Shown here one piece after another: positions 50,045-59,633 of a stretch of DNA of 64,000 nt. The stretch comes from a virus, in the IMG/VR virus record IMGVR_UViG_3300045988_138926, positions 17,121 to 81,120 of that record; one strand, written 5' to 3'. The number at the start of each line of letters is the position of its first letter. The stretch's first letter is position 1. The notes beneath the pieces are model-generated. The model did no database searches and was not told the DNA's origin. It saw only the letters and a program-made list of their open reading frames with translations. Made by a program: the position numbers and the translations under genes.

Positions 50045-51260
50045 CTCAGTTGCACCTTCTACGGTTCTAAAACCGATGCCGATATCTTTTAACTTGACAC
50101 ACTCCCATCGCTAAAGCAAATGGGATTCTTGGATACAAACGCAAGAAACCCCGATATTAATATCGCTGGAATTACTCTTGCTCTCCAATTCGGAAATGCC
50201 CTTCCGAAGTATATTACGGGCTGCAAGAACATCACGGTCGTTAACCGCGCCGCACGACGGGCATACCCACGTGCGGTCGCGTAACGACAGTCCTTTATTA
50301 ATGCAGCCACATTCACAAGTTTTGGAAGAAGGATACCATTTGTCAATCTTGTGTATCGTTACTCCATACTTTGAAGCAACGTACGTAAGTTTATCAATAA
50401 AAGAAGAATGACTAAGATCGGAAACTTTCTTTCCCCACAAACGTCTCATTCCTTCAATGTTTAGATCTTCAATAAAAATATAATCATATTGTTTACACAA
50501 CTGGTGTGCTAATCCCCATTGAAAGTCTGATCGAAGATCGTTTATTTTACGATACGCTTGTTGGAGTTCAAACAGTCTCCTTCTTCTATTGTTGGATCCT
50601 TTCTTTGCATTAGAAAGCTGTTTGTTTAGTTTTCTAATCTTGTTTTGATATTGTTTGAAGAATAGAGGAGAATCAATTTTGTTACCATCGCTTTTAGTTA
50701 GATAAGTTTTCAGCCCAAAATCCAACCCTATAGATGCACCATCATGTGTCTTTCTATAAGAGTTTATAAGATTATGATCTGTAATAATTATCAGGCTATA
50801 TCGATAGCATGTTTCTCTAACTATTCTAATTTGTTTAACATTACCTTCGTAGACTCTACTGTATGAAAATCTAAATCGTTTCTTTCCTTTATTGATTGTT
50901 AGACAATTACCATTCAGGGTAAACCCACCTTGTTTGAATACAAAAGAATTGAATTTCTCCGGTGATTTAAACTTAGGAGGTCGTTTAGCCAACTTCTTAA
51001 AGAAACGATTATAAGATTCATCAAGACGTTCAAGTATTTCTTGCACTGTTTGGGAATGAAGAAGATTTCTTTTTATCCTTTTAGCAAAATGCTTCTTCAT
51101 CTTACCAATTGATATATATTTTCCAAACAGTTTGTAGTATCTACGTTGTAGAGCTAACGCATGATTCCATACAAAACAACATTCTCGAAGCATTTTGTCC
51201 AGATACTTCGTTTTCTTGGAATGATAGATGTTGTATTTGTATGAAATCATTTTTTTATTT
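49950..51260 (-). mobile_element. IS200/605-family TnpB-only element; right end and omega-RNA expected within about 49950-50250; boundaries approximate
   Basis: Inferred from TnpB, whose omega-RNA derives from the ORF 3' end plus right end. No TnpA ORF nearby. Confidence 0.4.
50111..51250 (-). CDS. tnpB: TnpB, RNA-guided RuvC nuclease of the IS200/IS605 family, 379 aa
   Basis: RuvC-I ASIGLDFGLKTY. RuvC-II IFIEDLNIEGM. Zinc finger CECGC...CPSCG. RuvC-III NDRDVLAARNI. The 3' part is locally GC-rich relative to the rest of the window. Confidence 0.85.
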   Translation of the reverse strand: MISYKYNIYHSKKTKYLDKMLRECCFVWNHALALQRRYYKLFGKYISIGKMKKHFAKRIKRNLLHSQTVQEILERLDESYNRFFKKLAKRPPKFKSPEKFNSFVFKQGGFTLNGNCLTINKGKKRFRFSYSRVYEGNVKQIRIVRETCYRYSLIIITDHNLINSYRKTHDGASIGLDFGLKTYLTKSDGNKIDSPLFFKQYQNKIRKLNKQLSNAKKGSNNRRRRLFELQQAYRKINDLRSDFQWGLAHQLCKQYDYIFIEDLNIEGMRRLWGKKVSDLSHSSFIDKLTYVASKYGVTIHKIDKWYPSSKTCECGCINKGLSLRDRTWVCPSCGAVNDRDVLAARNILRKGISELESKSNSSDINIGVSCVCIQESHLL

Positions 51261-51325
51261 GTAATTTTGATTCAAAATTAATCAAACCAATTCATCCACC
51301 TTCTAAAGTATGGTGGTTTTGTTGG

Positions 51326-51511
51326 TTAAATAATCATAAATACTGGAACTCCCGTTCTTGGATACACGACTTCTTTTTCGTTCTTTATATTCCAGTTTTT
51401 AGCTTCAATTGGAATACCTTTACCAGCAAGCTCTTTGTCTATATACAGATATATCTCTTTGCATGTCAATGACACAATCTCATCTCTGCTTAAATCAAAA
51501 ACTGTTTTCAT
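51326..51511 (-). CDS. small hypothetical ORF, 61 aa
   Basis: ORF in the co-oriented array. Confidence 0.3.
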   Translation of the reverse strand: MKTVFDLSRDEIVSLTCKEIYLYIDKELAGKGIPIEAKNWNIKNEKEVVYPRTGVPVFMII

Positions 51512-51711
51512 TTTTTTTTATTCATTAAATTAAACAACTTACTTCTTTGTTCAGGCTCCGTATATTCCACCCATATATCGGCTGCCACATTTCTAAGAAA
51601 TTCCATAAAGTCTTGATGATCCCTATATTCAGTAGAATCTATTTTCTTTATAAAACTTAGGATTTCCTTTAGCATTTTATTGTTTTCTTCAAGAAGCTCT
51701 CTGTCGGTCAT
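51508..51711 (-). CDS. small hypothetical ORF, 67 aa
   Basis: ORF coupled to its neighbour. Confidence 0.35.
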   Translation of the reverse strand: MTDRELLEENNKMLKEILSFIKKIDSTEYRDHQDFMEFLRNVAADIWVEYTEPEQRSKLFNLMNKKK

Positions 51712-51732
51712 GATCTCGTGAAAATATATTAT

Positions 51733-52068
51733 TCAACATGTAATAGGCAGTAAATTTTCGATGTAGGCCCATCTTACGATATGGAAAATTCTAACAGCTA
51801 TTTTCCAATTAGAGTTATTTGGCCCACAGACAATAGGAGTTTCATCTTGTTTAATAGCAATCAACATTCCACTGTGTTGTGGTGTTTCGCTTGCATCATG
51901 CCACGCACTGTTGATGCTCCATTCTGCACCCGCCATGAAGTCTTCACGGCAATTATCCTTGCGTAAAGCATAATCGTCTGCATCCACTTCTTTGATAACG
52001 TTTCGCCTAAAATGTGTTTTACCTATGGAATAATCTTTTGCTGCTTTTTCAATATCTTCTCGTTTCAT
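51733..52068 (-). CDS. hypothetical protein, 111 aa
   Basis: ORF. Confidence 0.45.
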   Translation of the reverse strand: MKREDIEKAAKDYSIGKTHFRRNVIKEVDADDYALRKDNCREDFMAGAEWSINSAWHDASETPQHSGMLIAIKQDETPIVCGPNNSNWKIAVRIFHIVRWAYIENLLPITC

Positions 52069-52081
52069 TTCTTTTTAAATT

Positions 52082-52501
52082 TTACAGCATAGATTGAACA
52101 TATTCCAAATATTCTTGAGCTTGTTCAGGGGATTCGAATTGAGATGTCTCTTCGTTATATAAAGGAGCATAGTTGGCTTGTTTCAATAAATTGTCGTAAA
52201 ACATATTGATGAATATTTTTAATAGATCGGCTGTATTATTCGCTGTTCCCATTGTTACTCCATGACATCCATCTCCCATATTTACATATTCGTTACTAAA
52301 AGACATCCCACCTTTTATACCATATCGAATTTGAGCGATGTATATGCGTTCGAAATGTACTTCAAACCAAAGATTATGTTCTGATTTTTCATATTCTTTG
52401 ATTGATAAGCAGAATATGCCAAAAACAAATTTCAACTCTTCTTTTGTAATTTCTGCCGGATTTTTTGTCAATATTTCTTTAACTTGTTCTTTCGTTATCA
52501 T
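52082..52501 (-). CDS. hypothetical protein, 139 aa
   Basis: ORF. Confidence 0.5.
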   Translation of the reverse strand: MITKEQVKEILTKNPAEITKEELKFVFGIFCLSIKEYEKSEHNLWFEVHFERIYIAQIRYGIKGGMSFSNEYVNMGDGCHGVTMGTANNTADLLKIFINMFYDNLLKQANYAPLYNEETSQFESPEQAQEYLEYVQSML

Positions 52502-52661
52502 GATTCGCTATTTTTTAAAGTTTATCTATTATTTTGTTACCCATTTCCTGCCATTCATCACTCACGCTTATAACCAATCCTATGACAGTGAATGATAATA
52601 ACAACGTAAAAATAAGCCATAACAGAAAGCAGATAAAAACACATACATACCTCATGATTTT

Positions 52662-53429
52662 TTAGTTGTTAGATAAAAGCAAAATCGGTTCATTTGACTC
52701 CGCAATTGCTTTTATTTGTTCTGGATTGATAAAACTCTTGACTTGTTCACTTATCTTACAAATAGATTTGATCATATCAACGAATAATTTTGAGGTGCAT
52801 TCGTTGCATTCCACTTCCATTACCGGCTTATGTCGATTGTATGATATGCATGTTACATAATTCAGCCAGTGCGCATAAGTTCCTTTTTCTGTATTTAACC
52901 TGCCGTATTCTACTTTTGTCTCTCCATTACCATATTCAATTACTCTTTTTAGAAATGGTTTTGCATAAACACTAAAACCGAAAGGTTGGGTGTTTAAGGC
53001 ATCTAAACGAGAAGTTCCATCTCTCCATTTCCCGTTTTCATCACCTCCTGTCCATTCTTTAGAGGCATTAGGGACAATATTTCCATTTTTGTCATATGAA
53101 AACATGCAATTCGTTTCCAGTTGATACTTAATAACAGGCACTTCCTCTACTATTTTATAACTCAAACATCTCTTCAGAACTTCCCTGATTTGACTTTCCA
53201 AGTCAGAAAGTGCTATACTATTGAAATATCCTTCGTTGCCTAATCTGTTTGTAGGTAATTTGATCCCATAAGAATGAATCTTATCCACATCTTCTTTTGA
53301 CAAGGTAGTGGTAAACACTCCTTCTTTGGTGACATTTACTTTAACAGTTACGGACAAACTGTTGTTAGCATTCTTTTCCGTTATATTTAGTGTTGTTAAT
53401 GCTGCCATAATCAGATCTTTTAAAATCAA
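52662..53429 (-). CDS. hypothetical protein, 255 aa
   Basis: ORF. Confidence 0.55.
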   Translation of the reverse strand: MILKDLIMAALTTLNITEKNANNSLSVTVKVNVTKEGVFTTTLSKEDVDKIHSYGIKLPTNRLGNEGYFNSIALSDLESQIREVLKRCLSYKIVEEVPVIKYQLETNCMFSYDKNGNIVPNASKEWTGGDENGKWRDGTSRLDALNTQPFGFSVYAKPFLKRVIEYGNGETKVEYGRLNTEKGTYAHWLNYVTCISYNRHKPVMEVECNECTSKLFVDMIKSICKISEQVKSFINPEQIKAIAESNEPILLLSNN

Positions 53430-53704
53430 TTCGAATAAATATAATACATTCCTGCTTCATATACCCTATGTACATCAGGGTCATTCTTGTCTTCCGGTTC
53501 CAATTCACTCTCTTCGCGAGTATAATCCCATTCAGAGTTGTAGTACATATCCTCATTTGTTTTCTCCAAGGAGCAATCTTTCATCAAATTCATATTTTCT
53601 CCCCATACTGCAACTTCTTGTCGTTGCTCTTCTTCTGCCATAAGGGATATTTTGTCTTTTAATTCTTTCCAGGTATTTTCAATTCCTTTCTCATGTTCTT
53701 TCAT
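53426..53704 (-). CDS. acidic hypothetical protein, 92 aa
   Basis: ORF with stop/start overlaps. Confidence 0.45.
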   Translation of the reverse strand: MKEHEKGIENTWKELKDKISLMAEEEQRQEVAVWGENMNLMKDCSLEKTNEDMYYNSEWDYTREESELEPEDKNDPDVHRVYEAGMYYIYSN

Positions 53705-54507
53705 TCATTTGTTTCGCTTATAAAATTAACAACATTCTTTAGATACCCTTCTGTCATCTCTATGAAATTAACACAATCTAATTTGCTTAATTTGTAAATC
53801 AATGCCGGATTGTGTATTATGGCTATAATTTGTGTTTGTGGTTTATGAAATGACAATACATTGTAAATCTGCATTATGTTGTCAATATCAAGATTCCTGT
53901 CTGGCTCATCCATGAGAACCGTGTATTCAAAACTGCTTTCTGTTAATGTTATGCGGTTTCTTTTATAATACTTCAACAGGTTATCAATTCTTTTAATCCA
54001 AAACGCATTTGATTTTTTCTTGTATTCTACAAGATCTTGTATTGGAAATGTATAATCCTTTTGACCGAACATTAAATTGAAAAGTGATTCCAATGATAAC
54101 ACCACTTTTTCTCCATAAGATTTTTGAATGCTATTCACATACAAATCGAAATTGCTGATGTTTTTTGATACACTATCTCGATTTGTCTCCGTTGACGGCA
54201 ATAAACGGAATACTTTCCCTGCATAATCGGATGATATATCAATCCCATCAAAAACCTTATCATCGTCATCAAATATAGGTGGAAAATCCAGTGCCTCGGT
54301 CGGCATTTCAGAGCACATGGATTTCTCGCATAACGCATACATTGATATGATGTTAAGCAAAGTTGATTTTCCACTACCGTTTTTACCTATAATTACATTC
54401 ACTCCTGACTTGAAAATAAATTCTCTGCCATTTTCAAATGCTTCTATATCCGAAACATATTCAAATGGAGTTTTTGTATTGTCTTTTATTTTTACTGATG
54501 TTATCAT
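53701..54507 (-). CDS. P-loop ATPase, ABC/AAA_21-like (SMC/RecF/OLD N-domain type), 268 aa
   Basis: Walker A VIIGKNGSGKSTLLNII. Walker B VLMDEPDRNLD. Confidence 0.6.
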   Translation of the reverse strand: MITSVKIKDNTKTPFEYVSDIEAFENGREFIFKSGVNVIIGKNGSGKSTLLNIISMYALCEKSMCSEMPTEALDFPPIFDDDDKVFDGIDISSDYAGKVFRLLPSTETNRDSVSKNISNFDLYVNSIQKSYGEKVVLSLESLFNLMFGQKDYTFPIQDLVEYKKKSNAFWIKRIDNLLKYYKRNRITLTESSFEYTVLMDEPDRNLDIDNIMQIYNVLSFHKPQTQIIAIIHNPALIYKLSKLDCVNFIEMTEGYLKNVVNFISETNE

Positions 54508-54550
54508 ATGTAATCCTTTTTAAAAATCAATTACCGCCCGAACCCTGTTA

Positions 54551-54796
54551 CTATTGTACTTGTTGCTGTAGTTCGTGTAGCCACTGGAGAAGCTCACGTA
54601 CCATGCGTTGCTCTGGCTGCCCCGTCCACTCCCTGTACCCTACATTAAAACCAATAGGATCATACCTTTTGATCATAGTGCCATAATTCTCTCTACCGCA
54701 ATATCTGTTCCTTCCTCCAATAATCCATGCTTCATCGTCTCTATCTGGAGATATGGAGTTAAGATATTTTTCATAATCCTTTCTACTCTTTCCCAT
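54551..54796 (-). CDS. hypothetical protein, 81 aa
   Basis: ORF. Confidence 0.4.
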   Translation of the reverse strand: MGKSRKDYEKYLNSISPDRDDEAWIIGGRNRYCGRENYGTMIKRYDPIGFNVGYREWTGQPEQRMVRELLQWLHELQQQVQ

Positions 54797-55151
54797 CTTT
54801 GTCTTGATTTAAGCAATAGTTAATAAAATAAGCAACCTGTTCATTTTCCCCTGGATTATTATAATCATAAAAAGTCATATCAGTATAATCCAGCATGACT
54901 ACACGAAAATCGTTTTTTTTGACATACACTTCCGTTAAATACATAGGATTTTCATCAATTTCTATTATCACCGGAAACTGATCATCAAAGTCAAATACAT
55001 CATTAGTTTCTTTAAATTCTTTAAACCCTTTAAATTTTAGCCTTATAATTCCATTGTTTTCTGCTAATGCTTCTCTGATGTACTCTAATCTTTTTGCATT
55101 CAGACTGGCCTCTGCTTCTTCTATTTCTTTATACAACTTATTTAAATCCAT
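54783..55151 (-). CDS. hypothetical protein, 122 aa
   Basis: ORF. Confidence 0.5.
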   Translation of the reverse strand: MDLNKLYKEIEEAEASLNAKRLEYIREALAENNGIIRLKFKGFKEFKETNDVFDFDDQFPVIIEIDENPMYLTEVYVKKNDFRVVMLDYTDMTFYDYNNPGENEQVAYFINYCLNQDKDGKE

Positions 55152-55653
55152 ATTCCACTATATTTATGTTATCGAATTTTTCTTTTATAATATCCAAGGC
55201 GCGGCACTCGTTTGTTATCATGGCATACTTACCTGGCTTCATTCTCCACAAATTAAAATACCTTGTCACATTCATAGTGGCATTAAATAATGATATTTCA
55301 TATTTTGTGTTTCCATTTTTATCACGTCCTATGTTTTTAACATAACATATGTCTGGCTCGTATTTGAAATAATTTAAAAGCCTATACCAGCCTTTTCCCT
55401 GACATGTCTCAAAATTCCATTTTCCAACAAGCCTTCTGTATCCTCTTACTGGTATTTTCACTATTTCCCTTGGCACGATTTCAATATACTTTCCTTCTCC
55501 GATTGGTATAGTCATATTACCTGCCTCTTCCGTGCAAAAGTATTCTATTTCAGATGCCATGTCTTTATATACATAGAACCGGTATAGGTTCCCGTCAGGG
55601 TCTACCCGATCCATGTAATATAATATCACTTTGTCTACTTTTATCGTTTTCAT
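55138..55653 (-). CDS. hypothetical protein, 171 aa
   Basis: ORF. Confidence 0.5.
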   Translation of the reverse strand: MKTIKVDKVILYYMDRVDPDGNLYRFYVYKDMASEIEYFCTEEAGNMTIPIGEGKYIEIVPREIVKIPVRGYRRLVGKWNFETCQGKGWYRLLNYFKYEPDICYVKNIGRDKNGNTKYEISLFNATMNVTRYFNLWRMKPGKYAMITNECRALDIIKEKFDNINIVEYGFK

Positions 55654-55973
55654 TCCTTTATTCTACTTATCTTTAAATTGTTATTCTTACAGTATTCCTT
55701 CAGCCAACTATCCGTTAGATAACGATTGACTCTATCATATTTCTTTTTCGAACCCTTGCTCCAGAATTTCCATTCGTTTGTGATATCATACCCATATTTA
55801 TCAAACCAATAGATATAATACACTACGTTACCGTATAAATCTACTCTTTTTCTTTCCTGTATGACTACCTCGTAAGGTATCTTCTTGTCTCTTTTCTCCA
55901 TCTTTGTCCTCCTTTCTTGAATAAAAAAAACGGCACCTATCTTCACAGACCAGTGCCGGTAACTAACTCGCAT
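55650..55973 (-). CDS. hypothetical protein, 107 aa
   Basis: ORF. Confidence 0.45.
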   Translation of the reverse strand: MRVSYRHWSVKIGAVFFIQERRTKMEKRDKKIPYEVVIQERKRVDLYGNVVYYIYWFDKYGYDITNEWKFWSKGSKKKYDRVNRYLTDSWLKEYCKNNNLKISRIKE

Positions 55974-55979
55974 GGAAAA

Positions 55980-56390
55980 CTACTTAACCTCAACTAATTC
56001 TACAGAGCTGTAGAATTTAGTGAAGCTACCAACAAATTCTCTTATATTTTTATATTCTTCTGGTCGTTTTCTGTTACCGTCTTTTATGTAATTCACCCAC
56101 AGTCTATCCTCTATGTTCTTAATCGCATTTTCTATCGTAAATTCGTCGCTGACACACATTAAGCACGAAGATCCGGTTTTCTTATGTGGTTTGTACATTC
56201 TTGAAAAAGACCACATTTTTATCCTGTCGTATATATATCCGTTGTTTGGATAAACGAATCCTATCCGGCTGTCACCTTCTTTGGCATAAAATACACCTGG
56301 CTCCTTCCCGCCCTTTCTATATACTACGAATCCTTTTTCTTTTAGGATCTTAACCACTTTATTTAATTTATTTTCTACGTTCATTTTCAT
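55980..56390 (-). CDS. hypothetical protein, 136 aa
   Basis: ORF. Confidence 0.5.
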   Translation of the reverse strand: MKMNVENKLNKVVKILKEKGFVVYRKGGKEPGVFYAKEGDSRIGFVYPNNGYIYDRIKMWSFSRMYKPHKKTGSSCLMCVSDEFTIENAIKNIEDRLWVNYIKDGNRKRPEEYKNIREFVGSFTKFYSSVELVEVK

Positions 56391-56841
56391 GCAAAAATTT
56401 AAAAACGACCTTCATTACATTTCCAAAGTTCTCCACCTTAACCCACTCATGAGCTACTGCTCTAAGTACGGATGTTTCGTATGTCGGAATATCGTCTTCT
56501 TCAACCACCTTACAGGAAGCCAGAACTCCTTCAGTCGGCTTTAGTCCGCGGTCATGCAGCTCGCAGAGACCGTCCGGCTGGCGGAATGCGCACCACCCGT
56601 CTTTCTCTGTTGGCTGGATCATCGCTATTGGTTTTTCTTTCACGGCAAGATACCCTACCATCCACATTGTTTCTTTTAACCTGTCAGCGTATCCGGCATC
56701 TATGATAGCCTCTATGTCTTTTGGCGTACCAATACAAGGAACCTTACACATGTTCTTGCATTTATCACATGCACAAGGTTGCTCCCATCTGTTATGATCT
56801 ATACCTACCAACTTCTTTATCCGTTCTACTTCTTCTTTCAT
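56368..56841 (-). CDS. Cys-rich hypothetical protein, 157 aa
   Basis: CACDKCKNMCKVPC cluster. Confidence 0.5.
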   Translation of the reverse strand: MKEEVERIKKLVGIDHNRWEQPCACDKCKNMCKVPCIGTPKDIEAIIDAGYADRLKETMWMVGYLAVKEKPIAMIQPTEKDGWCAFRQPDGLCELHDRGLKPTEGVLASCKVVEEDDIPTYETSVLRAVAHEWVKVENFGNVMKVVFKFLHENERRK

Positions 56842-56842
56842 A

Positions 56843-57124
56843 TTATACTATCTCTGTTAGTTTTTCATAATACAACTTCATTTCCGGTGAAGCATATTCC
56901 ATGAATGCTTCGAATAAGTAGGGTACCTCTATTATCATATTCACATTACAACCTTCTGCCTGTGAAAGAGATTCAAGATCATTACTGTATGAACACGTTA
57001 CATGAGCTCCTACATTAAACACATGTAAATCTAATCTTACATATTCCATACATAAATCTAACGCTTTAAACAAGTTCTCTACCTCAATCTCCTGAAATAG
57101 GTCTATAAACATCCTTAAATCCAT
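56843..57124 (-). CDS. hypothetical protein, 93 aa
   Basis: ORF. Confidence 0.4.
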   Translation of the reverse strand: MDLRMFIDLFQEIEVENLFKALDLCMEYVRLDLHVFNVGAHVTCSYSNDLESLSQAEGCNVNMIIEVPYLFEAFMEYASPEMKLYYEKLTEIV

Positions 57125-57507
57125 TATTTTACTACCCTTTCTATGTGTTTAATTAATACTACTGCCATCCCCTTACCTGTTTTTATCGCACATTCCGATC
57201 CTTTTATCCATTCTACACACCCTACATACTTTTCCGTAGCATGAAATCCTGGATTGTATTTCCCAGATGTACTGAACTCTACCGTATCCCCTACCTTCAG
57301 ATCATCAAAAGCAATAGACCATGTGGTCCAAATTCTATCATGTCTCCCAGGCTGAATGGCTCCGATTACGCCTTTTTTACGACCGTTTTTTATCGCCCTT
57401 AGTATTATCTTCCTATCACCTTCGATAAGGCTGCAAAAGCGCCCGTAAAAGGTCAAATCAACCTGTTTTCCTCCTATTTCTTCTCTTATTTTTGTTATTC
57501 TGTTCAT
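57124..57507 (-). CDS. hypothetical protein, 127 aa
   Basis: ORF. Confidence 0.5.
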   Translation of the reverse strand: MNRITKIREEIGGKQVDLTFYGRFCSLIEGDRKIILRAIKNGRKKGVIGAIQPGRHDRIWTTWSIAFDDLKVGDTVEFSTSGKYNPGFHATEKYVGCVEWIKGSECAIKTGKGMAVVLIKHIERVVK

Positions 57508-57751
57508 TTTCTGATTTTGTTTTATTTTTTTCTTTGTTTTTTCTATCTTCTATAGAAGATGATAATAACATTATCTTTTCTATGTTACTTTTCGACTGTA
57601 AAAAAGAATCGCATTTCATTACTACTACCACCTTCTTAAGTTCTCCATTATCATATAGCGATACACGCATCATGTTTTGCACCTCGTCCACTATCAGACC
57701 TGGAGTAGTCTTAGCCATTTTGCGTAGCTTATTATACTCCGGTCTTTCCAT
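57458..57751 (-). CDS. hypothetical protein, 97 aa, basic C-terminus
   Basis: ORF. Confidence 0.4.
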   Translation of the reverse strand: MERPEYNKLRKMAKTTPGLIVDEVQNMMRVSLYDNGELKKVVVVMKCDSFLQSKSNIEKIMLLSSSIEDRKNKEKNKTKSENEQNNKNKRRNRRKTG

Positions 57752-58016
57752 TTCCTCTGTTTATTACTCTATAGTATTTATCCTTATCCCCTTCTTTCAA
57801 CTTCTCCAGATAGAAAATTCCATCATGTAAATGAGACAAACAAAACCTGTATCCGTATTTCTGTACTCTTCTTACATGATCCCTCAGTCTTATCTCTTCA
57901 CTTTTGTCTTGTACTTTGATTTTAATACTGTCTCCTTCTTTGATTGTGTATAAAATAGTTTGAATCTCTTCTTTTTTCATCTTATAAAATATTTTAACGG
58001 CAGCACCTATACTCAC
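57732..58016 (-). CDS. hypothetical protein, 94 aa
   Basis: ORF. Confidence 0.4.
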   Translation of the reverse strand: MSIGAAVKIFYKMKKEEIQTILYTIKEGDSIKIKVQDKSEEIRLRDHVRRVQKYGYRFCLSHLHDGIFYLEKLKEGDKDKYYRVINRGNGKTGV

Positions 58017-58043
58017 GCACCACTACTGCCTTATGTTTAACAA

Positions 58044-58853
58044 TTAAATACTTAACTCTTCAATGGTCAAGCCTTTTTCTTTTGCCCACTTTAGCATCGC
58101 GCATAATTCTGTTTCTGACTTATATTTCGGATCACGCCACGCCCATCCGAATTTATCCAGGACATGATGATATAATTCGTCGGCCTTTGCCGTGTAAATG
58201 TCTTTGAATAAATGCTCCGAACCTTCCGGTATAAGCATCTCTGTTGTTGCAAAATCGGAATACGATAAACATCCGTAAGCATATTCTGTTATTTCACTCC
58301 ATGCTTCTCCGGCTTTAAATCCAAATTCTTTTACAAAAGCCAAAGTTAGATACATATTTAATAATATTGTTACATCATATTCCGAATCTGACTTTCTTTC
58401 TATTATTTCCTTTTCAAATTCCTTTAAATCTTCAGGCCCTAAAAAGATGTATCCTGATACCGACCGGTAATTAGCCTCCGCATACTTCTTGCATTTATCA
58501 TCATTGGCAATCTTACCAATGTTAGATAACATCTTTTGCCTCCATTCATCACAAAACTCTACCCTTACATCCATCCAATCAGTACCATAATTGTGATCTT
58601 TTGGATGTCCGACCGATATTACCTTTATGTTATTCACACCATATTCATAAAGGCGTTCGCCCACCTTATTCGCCCATTCCTGTACAAAAGGAATAAACTT
58701 ATTGCAATAAGAATCAAAATCAAAATCTAATTCATCCTCATATTCTGGCATCTCTTCATAATCTTGTTCAAAGAAATAGCGAGGATCTGCTATTGTTTCA
58801 TAGAAACTTACGTTAATGAAACAAAACTCGTTGGTTGTCGTTTTTAATATCAT
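58044..58853 (-). CDS. hypothetical protein, 269 aa
   Basis: ORF. Confidence 0.6.
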   Translation of the reverse strand: MILKTTTNEFCFINVSFYETIADPRYFFEQDYEEMPEYEDELDFDFDSYCNKFIPFVQEWANKVGERLYEYGVNNIKVISVGHPKDHNYGTDWMDVRVEFCDEWRQKMLSNIGKIANDDKCKKYAEANYRSVSGYIFLGPEDLKEFEKEIIERKSDSEYDVTILLNMYLTLAFVKEFGFKAGEAWSEITEYAYGCLSYSDFATTEMLIPEGSEHLFKDIYTAKADELYHHVLDKFGWAWRDPKYKSETELCAMLKWAKEKGLTIEELSI

Positions 58854-59104
58854 AACTTTTTGTATTTACGTACATTTTTCTTGCCATAGAATCTACACAT
58901 GGCACGAATCTGACTATAAAATACTTTTGTCCTCCTGGCCTCAAAGTATTTAAACATTTCTTCATTCTTTGTTTCCCACACGTAATCCGTTTGGGAACTC
59001 ATGTGATTTTTGTCCTTGCGCGAATAATGGTAATATGATACCACAACACGTTTCGCACCATTCTTTACAGGTACGATATTCACATCTATGTTATTATCTG
59101 TCAT
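58850..59104 (-). CDS. hypothetical protein, 84 aa
   Basis: ORF. Confidence 0.4.
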   Translation of the reverse strand: MTDNNIDVNIVPVKNGAKRVVVSYYHYSRKDKNHMSSQTDYVWETKNEEMFKYFEARRTKVFYSQIRAMCRFYGKKNVRKYKKL

Positions 59105-59223
59105 ATTATTATTGTTTTATGCATTATACAAATACAAAGAGCGCATACCTTCACAGGCCGGCGCTCCTTTCAATAAAAATGAAAAAACTAATATTACATA
59201 AACATATTGTTTTCTGCTCTTTA

Positions 59224-59457
59224 TTACAATACTTTTGTTCCGCAATTATTATATCTTCCATGCTCTTTTTTCGTATCATTCAAAATTTCAAAAACCATCT
59301 TCTTATGATCTTTGTTTGGCAACTTGTCTTTAATAGCCGATATTACACCAGCTATAGACGTAAAGCCTGAATCCGTTATTGAACATAGTAATAATCCCCT
59401 GTCATCGCTGGTGCTTATCGCTGACGCCTTTATAATATCATTCTTATATATTCTCAT
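59224..59457 (-). CDS. hypothetical protein, 77 aa
   Basis: ORF. Confidence 0.35.
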   Translation of the reverse strand: MRIYKNDIIKASAISTSDDRGLLLCSITDSGFTSIAGVISAIKDKLPNKDHKKMVFEILNDTKKEHGRYNNCGTKVL

Positions 59458-59477
59458 AACTTTTTTGTTTTATTGTT

Positions 59478-59572
59478 TGTGAGATGCCCAGAATCGAACC
59501 AGGACCGGTACATACATGCCGGCACGCCGCGTCATCCCCCTATATGATACAGAAATAGGCATGCCTATCCTC
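59478..59572 (-). tRNA. tRNA-like element with a canonical T-arm and 3' acceptor strand (GGTTCGATTCT...), non-canonical or long 5' part; possible divergent or type II tRNA, or an intron-containing one
   Basis: Minus-strand RNA ends ...CCUGGUUCGAUUCUGGGCAUCUCAC. A D-arm-like UCAU-AUAGGGGG-AUGA is present. The 7-bp acceptor pairing is imperfect when folded by hand. Confidence 0.3.
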
Positions 59573-59633
59573 ACGAACCGACATGCCAAAACCCAAAACT
59601 TAATTTGATGAATAAAATAGATTAACAAAAATA

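Noticed and set aside
47921-51250. Eukaryotic giant-virus (Fanzor-bearing) origin for the window
   Set aside because: The bacterial lipobox lipoprotein, HNH_3 homing endonuclease, DnaB-like helicase, KilAC domain and intrinsic terminators point to a bacteriophage. The TnpB has the prokaryotic architecture.
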